Origin: Candidatus Poribacteria bacterium
GTDB taxonomy: Bacteria > Poribacteria > WGA-4E > WGA-3G
NCBI GenBank assembly: GCA_963665235.2
Contig: CAXXLX010000001.1
Span: 2,080,001-2,144,000 of the forward strand
DNA: 64,000 nucleotides
Direction: 5' to 3'
The notes below the pieces were generated by a model that ran no database searches, was not told where the DNA came from, and was given only the letters and a program-made list of their open reading frames with translations. Positions 9,262 through 19,484 of the stretch are shown in pieces. Positions within the stretch are counted from its first letter, which is position 1. Each line of letters begins with the position of its first letter. Position numbers and translations under genes: made by a program.

Positions 9262-12180
9262 TCACATCTTTTCAAACGTAAGCTGCCCTTCGGGTTCACT
9301 GGTCCGGCCTGGACCCGAGCGGACCGGGCTTACCGATTCTCCCGGTTCATAATTGATGAGTGTTTCCAAAAGCGATCTCTCGCTAGAATCTTGGGGACTC
9401 GTTTCGATAAGTGCCTGAACGACAGCCTTGAAGAGTGTGTTTTCTTGAAGGCCGTACTCCTGGAAGTAACCGTTGATTTGTGCTGTTTCGCCCGCGTCCC
9501 AAAGATTCATGATTCGGTGAAGCATGTCTATCATAGGAAGCCTACCAGAGGGGTGAGCATAACCAACCCGCTCTGAAGTACGCTCGGTGTGTCCCAGCAA
9601 CTTGAGCGCGCTACCTGACGACGCTTTCTTGAGTATGCCGATCTGTGCCGCCCTTAAATCGTCAAGTGATAACCCATATCCTTGCGCCAATAGAATGCAC
9701 TCCCCCACCGGTGCGTTTTCTGTCCCAAAGTGATTTCTGTGCATCAGATAATAGCGGGTCCATTCGTCTAGTGCTTCGGTGCGTGCACCGTGCAGAATCT
9801 GCCCTAAGGCGAAGTCAGTGACGATACGCCGGACCTCTGTAAGAAATTCCGTTACAGTGAACGCCGTCCCATCCATGCGTTTAACTTCCTTGTAACTGGA
9901 ATAGCTTTCCAGGGCGGGCCCGATTGCTGCCCAAACGAAGTCAGGCCCTTGAATCCCAACGTCCCAAAAATAGCGGAGACGTTCGGTAATCCGTTCCTGC
10001 ATCTCGCGTTTAACTTTGCCATAGTGCCCTACTTTCGCTTTTGTGGGACGCTTTCGGCAGACGAGCCAAAGTGAGGTAGCAAGTGCAGCACTTCCCTGAG
10101 CACTCTGCCTGTTCCCTTTTTCAGTGTCAATCGGCCAAGAGGCCGTAACCACTAAACCGGATCCAATCATCGCTTTAACAAGGGTTTCCCAAGCATCCGG
10201 ATCCTTATGAGCAAACACAATAACTATCCTACCATCGTCACACAATGAATCGTTGGCTGCTTGGAAGCTTTCCGCCATACCATTCTCGTAAAATTCTTTA
10301 CCAATCCTACCTCTTTCACCCGTTTTGTGTTGTTGAACTAACTCATCCTCTTTCGGAACCAACTCATTCCCTAAAAACTCTGGAAAGCAATCTTTGATAG
10401 CTCGACGGAGCCATACGTAGAAGAAGTCGGAAATGTCTGAATAAGGTATTGCATCATAGTAGGGCGGATCAGTGATGATGGTTTCAACTTGTAAGTTTAT
10501 TGGATGAGTAGCAGATTGACGTAGAATTGTACAATTTGGAGTTCCCTCTCCGTGAACTCGGCTGGCTGTTTCCATAGAATCAAGAATTTTGTCAAGACAG
10601 AATTGGTAACTCCCACGCACTTCATGCGGAATGGCCGCCTCGCTGAAATCCCAAGTCATTGGAAGAGCATATCTGACGAAAGCATGCCCGATTGCCTCTG
10701 AGCTCAAAAGCCAATAAATCAAGGTCGAGCTGTGAGCCAACATTCTGTCAAATGTACAAGCCAAATATCCGTTAATCGCCTCCACCCACTTTGACGAATA
10801 TCCATTTTGTTTCATTTCTTCTTGCGCTGCGTGCGTCCATTTCACAAATTGCATCAACGTTAACAACTGTCGATCTGTAAACAAATGGGACCACGTCTTG
10901 AATCCATAATCAGGCAACTGAGAACCGACAGCCCTGTGCCGCTCTTTGCTTGGTAAGGGTTCATCGGGTAGTCCATGCAGGATTTCGCCAGCACTCGCTT
11001 TTAATACTTCTGTCGGTATTTTCGCTGCCTCCATTTCCTCTTGTGTCGGTGGACGATACTCCTTGCCGTATTCCTCTTGGTAAACAACAGTTGTCAGCTG
11101 TGCATTAAGTTTTCCCTCATGGCCACATCGCTTGATGTAGTCCGTCGGTTGCTGCGATTCACAAAATGGACAGGTTGCTGTTGAACCTGACATTGTAGGT
11201 TTGCCAACATCGTCTGCATTTTTCGGCACAACAATCTCAAAGTGAACCCGCTTCGTCTTGTGATCGGGATAAAGTTTAAGATTACGCTTGCTGTTGATAA
11301 TGACTTTCGTCTGTTTTTTTAATTTTTTAATTCGGAGGAAGTCAGGACGGTTCCGATTTTCGGGTGTATCTTTAAGGGTTTTCTCCGCCTCCGTGCAAAT
11401 CTTCAACGTCTTGAGTAACGGCACCGTCGCTCCACACTGTGGGTCTTGACACGGAATTGTTCTTGCCCAGAGATAGGCAACCGTCAGTTTGTTATCAATT
11501 GTTGGATAGTATTGTACAAGCTCTTTGCGGGCATTTTCCAAGACCCACTGTCCCCACAATCGGACATGATCAGCAAGATCACCGTTTCCGACATCCGGTT
11601 TTTCATCAAACTCCAAAACAGGGAGCGGATACGTTTTTCCGGCAAGACGTTGCGGATATTCAAGTGTACATTTGAGAATAAACCATGCAACCGGGTTATA
11701 GTCGTTTGCTATGACTTCACAACCGAGCCGCATCGCTTCAAGCGGAATTGCCCCACCACCTGCAAACATATCTAAAACTTTCGGAGGTTTTCCATCATAA
11801 GCTAGCAGGATGAGCTCTCTGGCGATTCGAAGTTTATTAACCCACCGGCCCTTCTTGTCTTTCGCGTCCCAATCACCGTGGCCGTTTTCGTCCTTCCACC
11901 GGGTCAGTGAACCGATGAGGGTATTACAGAGATAATCGCGCTGTTTTTCAGGTAAGGGTGAACCAGAAAGACGCGTGTATTCCGCCTTCATTTTTTCAGG
12001 GGCATCGGCAGGATCTGGGAGCAATGTCGCTATCGTTACGGCTCGACATGCAGCGAGTGGCCGGCGTGCTGGCCAAACGTGAAGCGAGGAGATATGTCCG
12101 TGGTTTATCCTCTTTTCATGTTTTGAATCTTCGGAGACCTTTTTCAGTGGAAAGGCTTCCTCGATGAGTCTACGTGCCAA
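9262..12180 (-). CDS. DUF1156 family adenine DNA methyltransferase with Zn ribbon
   Basis: LHVWPARRPLAACRA, motif I DMFAGGGAIPLEA, CQDPQC..CPFC, catalytic TDPPYYD. Confidence 0.92.
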   Translation of the reverse strand: MARRLIEEAFPLKKVSEDSKHEKRINHGHISSLHVWPARRPLAACRAVTIATLLPDPADAPEKMKAEYTRLSGSPLPEKQRDYLCNTLIGSLTRWKDENGHGDWDAKDKKGRWVNKLRIARELILLAYDGKPPKVLDMFAGGGAIPLEAMRLGCEVIANDYNPVAWFILKCTLEYPQRLAGKTYPLPVLEFDEKPDVGNGDLADHVRLWGQWVLENARKELVQYYPTIDNKLTVAYLWARTIPCQDPQCGATVPLLKTLKICTEAEKTLKDTPENRNRPDFLRIKKLKKQTKVIINSKRNLKLYPDHKTKRVHFEIVVPKNADDVGKPTMSGSTATCPFCESQQPTDYIKRCGHEGKLNAQLTTVVYQEEYGKEYRPPTQEEMEAAKIPTEVLKASAGEILHGLPDEPLPSKERHRAVGSQLPDYGFKTWSHLFTDRQLLTLMQFVKWTHAAQEEMKQNGYSSKWVEAINGYLACTFDRMLAHSSTLIYWLLSSEAIGHAFVRYALPMTWDFSEAAIPHEVRGSYQFCLDKILDSMETASRVHGEGTPNCTILRQSATHPINLQVETIITDPPYYDAIPYSDISDFFYVWLRRAIKDCFPEFLGNELVPKEDELVQQHKTGERGRIGKEFYENGMAESFQAANDSLCDDGRIVIVFAHKDPDAWETLVKAMIGSGLVVTASWPIDTEKGNRQSAQGSAALATSLWLVCRKRPTKAKVGHYGKVKREMQERITERLRYFWDVGIQGPDFVWAAIGPALESYSSYKEVKRMDGTAFTVTEFLTEVRRIVTDFALGQILHGARTEALDEWTRYYLMHRNHFGTENAPVGECILLAQGYGLSLDDLRAAQIGILKKASSGSALKLLGHTERTSERVGYAHPSGRLPMIDMLHRIMNLWDAGETAQINGYFQEYGLQENTLFKAVVQALIETSPQDSSERSLLETLINYEPGESVSPVRSGPGRTSEPEGQLTFEKM

Positions 12181-12235
12181 TTCGGTTTTTCCTTTCGGTC
12201 AGTGCTGCCGCTAGTGCTTTGTTACCTTTCAATAA

Positions 12236-12320
12236 GCTGCTATAAACATATCGTCCCTACGGGACTGATAGGGGAGGGTTGGTCTTTGCTGCTATAAATA
12301 TATCGTCCCTACGGGACTGA
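12236..12320. repeat. Two direct 33-bp REP-like palindromic units, 19 bp apart
   Basis: GCTGCTATAAA(C/T)ATATCGTCCCTACGGGACTGA at 12236 and 12288. Related copies near 8984-9036 and 19263-19291. Confidence 0.8.
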
Positions 12321-12651
12321 AGAGCATCATTCCTATTTAGAAAAATCCTTTTGCCATTCGCTAATTTGCTAATTGCCAAAGAGATTGTTACGCACCTTAA
12401 AATCCGCGATTTGCGGCGTACTCGCCCAAATGCGACGTGCATTCAGACAACACCCGCGAAATCCACCCTTCCACTTTTCCACCACTCCCTTTGACAAAAA
12501 CTTCACTCCCCTAAAATTGCCCAAAGTTTAGTATAACACAATTTGACAAAACATAGCAAACTTTTTTTGCCGACCCCCTATGGCGTGAACGAAACATCAT
12601 AGCAATTGCGTTCTCAGTGCTTGTGTTTTGTAGCCTCTTCCAGGTAGGAAA

Positions 12652-15600
12652 CTAAACAGAGCCCTTTATGATATCACCGGCTTTAATAATTACACTCCCC
12701 GTGGGTTTCGCAATAAGATTAGCAAAGGGGTCTCGGCATGGGTATAGCTTCGGTTCAGTGTCACAATGATAGACAACATAGAGCCAATAGCGATTGCCAT
12801 GATTTGCAGCTTGCCGCCATTCATTTGCTGTCAACTCGACATTAGCAAGGCCTGCACGACCTTTGACTTCAATATAACGCACCTCACCGTTTGGGCGTGT
12901 AGATTGTAAATCAAACCCCTTTTTGAGGTTTGGGTTGGAAACATCTTTGACCACCGCCCCGTGCTGGCGTTCATATTCTAGAGCAGTTTTAAGTGCTATA
13001 GCCTCGGTATCTCGTAATATTTTCGTTGCCCCCGCGTCGTCAGCTGGTGGTGGCATTACAAAGGCGCGGACATAAATGCTTACCGGCCCCAGTTGAAGGT
13101 TTTCTATTTCTGCTTTGAGTTTCGCTTCCGCCTCCTCACGTTTTTCAGGAAGTGCTTTGAGTTCCTGCTCACAGTGGTTTAGCTTTGTCTGTGCTGCGGG
13201 AGTGCCTTTTTCAACAGCGTCTCTGAGAATACCTCGCTGTTTAAGCAGTTCTGACTCACGCAAGTTAGAGGAGACTTTAATCTGTTCCCTTCTCTTTTCC
13301 AACTCGCTCTGGAGTTCATTTTGGATATGAATCAATTTCGGGTTTCCGGAGTTTTCACGTACGAAATTTTTAACGGATTCTGTTTCGTCAGCAAGTTCAA
13401 TCCATTCGGTGGACAAAGTTGTAGGAACGTGCGATTCTGCCGTTCTCGGCGTTAAGGTCAATAAGAGGTGCGCCGGTGTTTTCTCACAGCGTCCATCCGC
13501 AAAACGTTTAATTCCGACAAGCATTTCATCAAGGACATGCGATTCGTTATCAGTTTGTCGCATCAGAGGCACTCTCGTTAAATAGAATAGATACGGCTCA
13601 TCTGTTTCCGGATCGAAATAGATTGCGCCGCGTTCCCCTTCGGCGTTGAATTTTTCCAGAAAGCGGGCGCGAATTACGTCAAAAATCGGTTCGCCGGGGT
13701 GTAGAAAAATCGCTTCGGGTTTGTCAGATGCGGCGGGCAGCGCGAGCTCGCGTGAGAACGTTAAGCGGTCTTGCAAATCTATTGGATATTGATTGATAGC
13801 ATTTTTCAAAAACGTAGGACACTCGACTAGCTTGAACGTCTCTTCAATATTGCCCTCAATATTGTAACCGAGATGGGGGGCTGCATCCTCAAGGAATCCG
13901 CGCACATAAGCAGGGAGCATCCGCAGCGTTTCAGCGGATTCCCGCTGCTGCCGAACAGTGCCGAGTAAACGTTTGACTTCACTACACGACACAAATTTCT
14001 GCTGAGCGTCAAGCTGGTTTCGTATATTTTCCGGTGTTAATTGGGTGTTGATAGCTCGAATTGAGGTGTCGACTTGATTCTCTGCGATAGCTTTTGTAAT
14101 AAGCTCGGACAAAGAAATTTCGCTAAATTGTTGTCCGATGACATCAAAGACCTTATCGTCTTTCAATTCTTCACGCATCTTCTCTAATTTTTCCAATAAC
14201 ACTTTTAACACGCGGCCCTCACGTGTCCCTTCGGCGACAAGATTTAACAAAACCACCGTGCGTGTCTGTTTATATCGGTGAATCCGTCCCATCCGCTGTT
14301 CAAGTCGTGCGGGGTTCCACGGAATATCGTAGTTGACCATGAGCCAGCAGAATTGAAGATTGATGCCCTCCCCGGCGGCATCAGTTGCGACAAGGTATTG
14401 CGCGCCGTTCGGGTCACGAAAGAATTTGACCTCTTCTTCGCGTTCACTATATTTCATGCCACCGTGGATCTGAGCAATTCTTCCGGTAAATCCCAATGCC
14501 TCTAAGCGTCTAATGACAAAATTCATCGTGTCGCGATGTTCTGTAAAAATCAGAACTTTTGTGTCTGGATACCTCTTTAATGCCTCCCATAGCTTTTCAA
14601 ACTTACTTTCGGTTTTGAGGTTGTAAACTTTGTTTGCAAGTTCCGTTAGGGCTTGAACGTGAGCGATTTCCGTTTCAAGCTCGTCAATAGAACGTGCGGC
14701 GGTAGCACGTTCAAGCTCCTCATCAACCTGTTCAGCTTCCTCTTTTCCATCAATGATTTCCTCTTCATCCCCCGTTTTTTCTGCTCTGATATCGACGTAT
14801 GTCAATTCCGATTGTGCTTTCTGTAGCTGTTGTGTCGACAAGCTTCCATCTTGAAGGTTTCGGAGAATGGTTTGTAGTTTTTTCGCGCGTCTGATAAGGC
14901 TCTGCCATAGTGCAAATGTTGAGCTGGCAAGTCGTCTTTGTAAAACCATCGTCGCCATCTTTGCCGCGTGCTGGTTATATTGGCCAGCAAGATCGAAATA
15001 GGTTTCACAATACTCCGTGACCGCATTGTACAACGATTGCTCACTAATTTCCCCCTGCTTCAGCGGGTAAGCGATAGTCCGGCTAAGCCGAGGCGGGTAG
15101 ATAAGTTTTTCATCAAAAGTAATCATCTCCTCCTTCATACGTCGGAGCAGATGTTTCGATTTGTCGTCGGCACTCAAACGTTCGAACGCTTTTTGTGCAG
15201 CGAGGTGTTCAGGCAGAAGTAGCCGCCAGAGAAAATAGTAGGCATCATCTTTCCCCATGTGGGGTGTTGCTGTCAGCAATAGTAAACTCTTTTCCTGTTC
15301 TGCGATTTTTTCAGCAAGTTGGTATCGCTTCGATTTCGTTACCGTTCCATCTAACTCAAATCGCGCGGAGAGTTTGTGTGCCTCGTCAAAAACAATTAAA
15401 TCGTAAGGTGGCGCGTCAAAAAGGCAGTCCTGCATTCGCGATTGCCTTAGGGTATCAAGACTTACAATGGCGAGCCGATTTTTGTCATCCATAAACGGAT
15501 TTGCATCGGCAGCATCACTCCCCGACAAAATGCGGAATTGGAGTCGAAAACAGACGCGTAGTTCACGTTCCCAGTTGCCAATCAATCCCGCTGGTGGCAC

Positions 15601-16080
15601 AATTAGGATACGCTCAACTCGCTGCCGCAGTAAAAGCTCCTGGATATAGAGGCCTGTCATAATCGTCTTTCCAGCCCCCGCATCATCAGCCAACAGAAAA
15701 CGCAGCGGAAAATGTTTCAGTAGATGTTCATAGACCGCGATATATTGATGAGGCAATGGATCGATAAGTGATGTTTCCGTTCCAAACAGCGGATTGAACA
15801 GATAGGCGTGGCGAAGGCGATACGCTTCAGCGACAAGCCTTACTAAATTTGCCTCAGCTTCAAAAGCATCTGATACAATCTCAAACCGTGCTCCAAATTC
15901 TTCGATGGAATAGGTAAACGGCCCAGCAGCATCGTTCTGAAAATAGAGACAAACGGATGAACTATGCTTTTGAACCTGCGAAATTACCAACTCCCTCTTC
16001 CGATATTTATCAATCAAGGACATCCCGGGTTGAAGGGTGTCAATATGAATTGCGTTTGTTTGTCGTTCTAGAGAATTCAT
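12652..16080 (-). CDS. SNF2-family helicase with C-terminal DUF3883 nuclease-like domain
   Basis: LLADDAGAGKT, DEAH, LTATPH, GEGINLQ, EQRMGRIHR. C-terminal GFDL..YIEVKGR..ELTANEW. Confidence 0.92.
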   Translation of the reverse strand: MNSLERQTNAIHIDTLQPGMSLIDKYRKRELVISQVQKHSSSVCLYFQNDAAGPFTYSIEEFGARFEIVSDAFEAEANLVRLVAEAYRLRHAYLFNPLFGTETSLIDPLPHQYIAVYEHLLKHFPLRFLLADDAGAGKTIMTGLYIQELLLRQRVERILIVPPAGLIGNWERELRVCFRLQFRILSGSDAADANPFMDDKNRLAIVSLDTLRQSRMQDCLFDAPPYDLIVFDEAHKLSARFELDGTVTKSKRYQLAEKIAEQEKSLLLLTATPHMGKDDAYYFLWRLLLPEHLAAQKAFERLSADDKSKHLLRRMKEEMITFDEKLIYPPRLSRTIAYPLKQGEISEQSLYNAVTEYCETYFDLAGQYNQHAAKMATMVLQRRLASSTFALWQSLIRRAKKLQTILRNLQDGSLSTQQLQKAQSELTYVDIRAEKTGDEEEIIDGKEEAEQVDEELERATAARSIDELETEIAHVQALTELANKVYNLKTESKFEKLWEALKRYPDTKVLIFTEHRDTMNFVIRRLEALGFTGRIAQIHGGMKYSEREEEVKFFRDPNGAQYLVATDAAGEGINLQFCWLMVNYDIPWNPARLEQRMGRIHRYKQTRTVVLLNLVAEGTREGRVLKVLLEKLEKMREELKDDKVFDVIGQQFSEISLSELITKAIAENQVDTSIRAINTQLTPENIRNQLDAQQKFVSCSEVKRLLGTVRQQRESAETLRMLPAYVRGFLEDAAPHLGYNIEGNIEETFKLVECPTFLKNAINQYPIDLQDRLTFSRELALPAASDKPEAIFLHPGEPIFDVIRARFLEKFNAEGERGAIYFDPETDEPYLFYLTRVPLMRQTDNESHVLDEMLVGIKRFADGRCEKTPAHLLLTLTPRTAESHVPTTLSTEWIELADETESVKNFVRENSGNPKLIHIQNELQSELEKRREQIKVSSNLRESELLKQRGILRDAVEKGTPAAQTKLNHCEQELKALPEKREEAEAKLKAEIENLQLGPVSIYVRAFVMPPPADDAGATKILRDTEAIALKTALEYERQHGAVVKDVSNPNLKKGFDLQSTRPNGEVRYIEVKGRAGLANVELTANEWRQAANHGNRYWLYVVYHCDTEPKLYPCRDPFANLIAKPTGSVIIKAGDIIKGSV

Positions 16081-16138
16081 GCTACTGTCCGGAAATTTTC
16101 ACTGTTTAGGACTCTGGTGCGAATTAGATTGCCACAAA

Positions 16139-17437
16139 TCATTTTTTCATAACCGCTTCAATTTCATCAATCTCTTTCGGAATCGTATCCGTTAGAATTT
16201 CACAACCGTCCTCCGTCACCAAAATATCATCCTCAATACGCACCCCTATCCCGAGATATTCAGGCGGCACCCGTTTCGTCTTCTCGGCAACATACAGCCC
16301 GGGTTCAATTGTTATCACCATCCCCGGTTGAAAAGTTTTGTACTCACCATCCCGTTCATGGACACAATTCACATCGTGAACATCCAAACCGAGCATGTGT
16401 CCAATCCTGTACATATAAAACTTCCTGTATGCCTTTTTCTTAATCAATTTCTCTTTTTTACCTGCTAAAAGACCGAGGTGAAGCATACCCTCTGTCAGCA
16501 ACTCGATCGATTTTTGGTGCGGTTCGTCAATAGAAACGCCAGGGCCGATACCCTCAATAATAGCTTTTTCTGCCTCCAGGACAACCTGATAGATTTGCCG
16601 TTGTGCTTCAGTAAAAGTGCTGTTTGCGGGAAAAGTTCGGGTGACATCTCCGCAGTATCGGTCATATTCAGCCCCCGCATCGAGGAGCACAAGGTCGCCA
16701 TCCTGAATTTGACGGTTGTTCGTTCTATAGTGGAGCGTCGTTGCATTTCCGCCGCTTGCCACAATACTCGGAAAAGCCGTACCGTTTGCCCCATTTTGTC
16801 GGAACGTAGCCTCAACAATCGCCTCTAATTCGTATTCGTACATGCCCGGGCGCACCGCCTGCATCGCCGCGATATGTCCAGCTGACGTAATGTCCGCAGC
16901 CCGTCGGATGCGGTCGAGTTCTGTCTCATTTTTGATTAACCGCATCTCACTCAGGATTGGACTCGGGTCCGTGAGTGTATCAAACCCCTTCCCCGTTCTG
17001 ATTCGAGCTCTGACAGCCTGCTGAAACCGTGTAAGGATTTCTGTATCAAGGTTTGTATTTGAACCCAGCGTATAATAGAGCCTTTCCGCCTTTTTCAGGT
17101 ACCGGTTTATCCTTTTGGGAAATTTGTCTATCGGATACGCCTTATCCGCGCCGTAATGTTTACAAGCATTTCGTACACCGACCCGTTTACCGTCCCAGAT
17201 TTCTGCCTTTTTGTTCTTCGGCAGAACGAATAGGATATATTGATGTTTCGGGTGGTCCGGAGCAAGTACACATATAGCGTTCGGTTCTTCAAACCCCGTT
17301 AGGTAATAAAAATTGGGGTCCGGGTTATAAATATGTGTTGTATCGTGGTTTCGCATAGCCGGCGTAGCATTCGCGAAGATTGCCACACTACCCGGAGCCA
17401 TCTGTTTCATAAATTTCTTACGATTTTTTTCGTGCAT
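16139..17437 (-). CDS. pepP: Xaa-Pro aminopeptidase (M24B)
   Basis: FYYLTGFEEP, DAGAE..GDVTRTFP, GHMLGLDVHD, TIEPGLY, GVRIEDD. Confidence 0.9.
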   Translation of the reverse strand: MHEKNRKKFMKQMAPGSVAIFANATPAMRNHDTTHIYNPDPNFYYLTGFEEPNAICVLAPDHPKHQYILFVLPKNKKAEIWDGKRVGVRNACKHYGADKAYPIDKFPKRINRYLKKAERLYYTLGSNTNLDTEILTRFQQAVRARIRTGKGFDTLTDPSPILSEMRLIKNETELDRIRRAADITSAGHIAAMQAVRPGMYEYELEAIVEATFRQNGANGTAFPSIVASGGNATTLHYRTNNRQIQDGDLVLLDAGAEYDRYCGDVTRTFPANSTFTEAQRQIYQVVLEAEKAIIEGIGPGVSIDEPHQKSIELLTEGMLHLGLLAGKKEKLIKKKAYRKFYMYRIGHMLGLDVHDVNCVHERDGEYKTFQPGMVITIEPGLYVAEKTKRVPPEYLGIGVRIEDDILVTEDGCEILTDTIPKEIDEIEAVMKK

Positions 17438-17493
17438 ACTGTTTTCCTAGATATATCAGGCGATTGTAACCGTCGCCTGCCTTTACAATATTT

Positions 17494-18477
17494 TCAGAGA
17501 TAGTTGATGGGTGTTCCGATTTTGCCGATGACCCCGCCGCTGGCGACCATCGGATAGATCGAGTGCGCCCAGAAAATGCCCTCCACCGGAGCACGTATGA
17601 CTTCAACGACATTCCCAAACACGTCACAGATTTCCGCTATCGGTTGGCGAGATTCAAGCCGTTCATACAGTGCCGCTTTGTAGTAGATAAAGCCGCCTTT
17701 ATTGCTGATAAGCGGTACGAATCGGTGGACGACAATTTGCTTATCAGGAATTTCAGGCGTACCCTCAATAAACTGGTACTGTTTTAGCACATTAAGAACG
17801 CCTTGAACCCCTTTGTTGATGCTGGTTGTGTCCCAGCCATGTGTTCCGCCGAGTTCCGGGTCAATTGTCGGTATCCCAATATCTGGAGCGGCCTGTGCCA
17901 GTTGTCCTTTCGGTCCCTTTTGATTGAGGATATAACCGATGCCGAAGGTGCGTGCCAATGCAAGGCATGCCTTGTGGCATTGATGTTTTTCTGAGACTCG
18001 AACGCGCACCTCATCAATCATCGGATGAACGCCACCTTGATGCAGGTCAATGCAGTAGTCAGCATTCGATATAACTTTTTGAAAGAGCTGGTACGCAATC
18101 CGTTCGCTTGATGTTCCATCGGATCTTCCGGGAAAGCAGCGGTTCATCTTAACGTTATCAACTGGACTAAACGCCTGTTTTGCGTGAAAGGCGTGAAAGT
18201 TGACAATCGGTACCACGATGAGACTGCCGCGTAATTGTGAGGGAACAATCTCTCGAAGGATTTGATGAATAACAGCGATGCCGTTTAGTTCGTCGCCATC
18301 GCTAATAGCTTGTATATAGAGCGTTTTGCCCGGGTGTTGTCCGTTGATAAGAACGACTGGCACCCGAATTGCGGTACCATCAGGCAAAGTGCCCATCGCT
18401 AAATGGCCTTCTACCCGTGTGTCCGGTTCCGCTGTCAAATCGCCTATGACTAATTTTTTAGAGTTCGTCTTGTGCAT
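17494..18477 (-). CDS. Succinylglutamate desuccinylase/aspartoacylase family (M14-like) protein
   Basis: GDELNG, MNRCFPG, IDLHQG and a C-terminal barrel. The usual first Zn-ligand His reads Asp (SDGDE). Confidence 0.82.
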   Translation of the reverse strand: MHKTNSKKLVIGDLTAEPDTRVEGHLAMGTLPDGTAIRVPVVLINGQHPGKTLYIQAISDGDELNGIAVIHQILREIVPSQLRGSLIVVPIVNFHAFHAKQAFSPVDNVKMNRCFPGRSDGTSSERIAYQLFQKVISNADYCIDLHQGGVHPMIDEVRVRVSEKHQCHKACLALARTFGIGYILNQKGPKGQLAQAAPDIGIPTIDPELGGTHGWDTTSINKGVQGVLNVLKQYQFIEGTPEIPDKQIVVHRFVPLISNKGGFIYYKAALYERLESRQPIAEICDVFGNVVEVIRAPVEGIFWAHSIYPMVASGGVIGKIGTPINYL

Positions 18478-18559
18478 TATATTGGTTATCAGGTTTGGTT
18501 ACTGGTTATTTATATCGGGCGAGTTGTCGGAAAGAGAAACCCGACACCTTCTATTTAAT

Positions 18560-18699
18560 CAGGACTTACGCAAATTTAGCAGAAACCTCAGTATTCGGGC
18601 AAACGGTTTCCCGCTCTTCTGGGCGGGGTTTCCCCGCCCGCTAGGTCTCGTCTAGATCCCACTATCATTAGGGTTTATCAACGCGCTGCGTAAGTCCTG
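18560..18699. mobile_element. MITE family A, 140 bp
   Basis: 13-bp TIR CAGGACTTACGCA/TGCGTAAGTCCTG and 5-bp TSD TTAAT. Homolog in opposite orientation at 62200-62340. Confidence 0.85.
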
Positions 18700-18746
18700 T
18701 TAATGTATCAGAATTTGTGAAAAGTGTCAAGTCGAAAATCTACATT

Positions 18747-19326
18747 GGATGTGTAAAGTTTTTGTACAAAACCGGTGCATAAGTTACACTTTTGACACAA
18801 AGTGTAACATTTGGTTTTCGGTTCTGAATACCCACAAACGCACGCCACGTCTATCTTTTCAAGCAGTTTGTACCTACCTTGGACGATTTCGAAAAAAGTG
18901 AAATGTCACACTTTCGCTATCGAGGGATAAGCAGGTGAGTTGCAAAACGCACCGCTTTCCTCCGAAAAAGGGTTTGGTGTGCTGTTATGTTATACCATTT
19001 CTAATTGAAAATGTCTTTTTCTTGTAGCATAAACTTCCAGTTTGTGCCGTTCTCCGTTTCATTTCTAACAACTGGTAATGGTAGAATAATTAATAAAAAT
19101 GGTATTAGTTGCTAAATGTTTGATTTTTCTTCAGAAAAAATAGGGTGTTGTTTTGGTTGAAGTATTACCCCTCTTAAGAAACGCACCCGTTTTTTCTCTA
19201 GCTTGTCTAAACATGTCGTAGCGATTGGCAATCAGAAATATACTAGCGGGGCGGTCTCGGTTTCTATAGACATATCGCCCATACTGGGCTAATACTGAAC
19301 AACTTGTACAAAAATTTTACGCACTC
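18747..19326. mobile_element. Non-autonomous element family B, 580 bp, with IS256-like ends
   Basis: IRs GGATGTGTAAAGTTTTTGTACAA / TTGTACAAAAATTTTACGCACTC and a perfect 9-bp TSD ATCTACATT (18738-46, 19327-35). No transposase ORF. Confidence 0.8.
18993..19104. mobile_element. MITE family C, 112 bp, nested in element B, carrying one GTAG-REP
   Basis: TACCATTT..AAATGGTA ends, TTA TSD, internal GTAGCATAAACTTCCAGTTTGTGC. Homolog at 25964-26239. Confidence 0.82.
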
Positions 19327-19348
19327 ATCTACATTTCTCTGGAAAAAA

Positions 19349-19377
19349 TTGACATTTTCTTGGCAACGTGATAAAAT
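19349..19377 (+). promoter_or_regulatory. Sigma70 promoter
   Basis: TTGACA-17-TAAAAT with extended TG. Confidence 0.65.
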
Positions 19378-19484
19378 ATTGAAAAGCGTAGGGAGAACTT
19401 TGTGTGAAAGTGTGCTTGCAAAGCACGGCACTTAAAAACACTCCCTATTAGCGTATAAAACCCTATTAGAAAGGAAATTTAATT

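Noticed and set aside
12236-12320. Mini-CRISPR
   Set aside because: Only two repeats with a 19-bp gap. Dispersed relatives at about 8984 and 19263 indicate a REP family.
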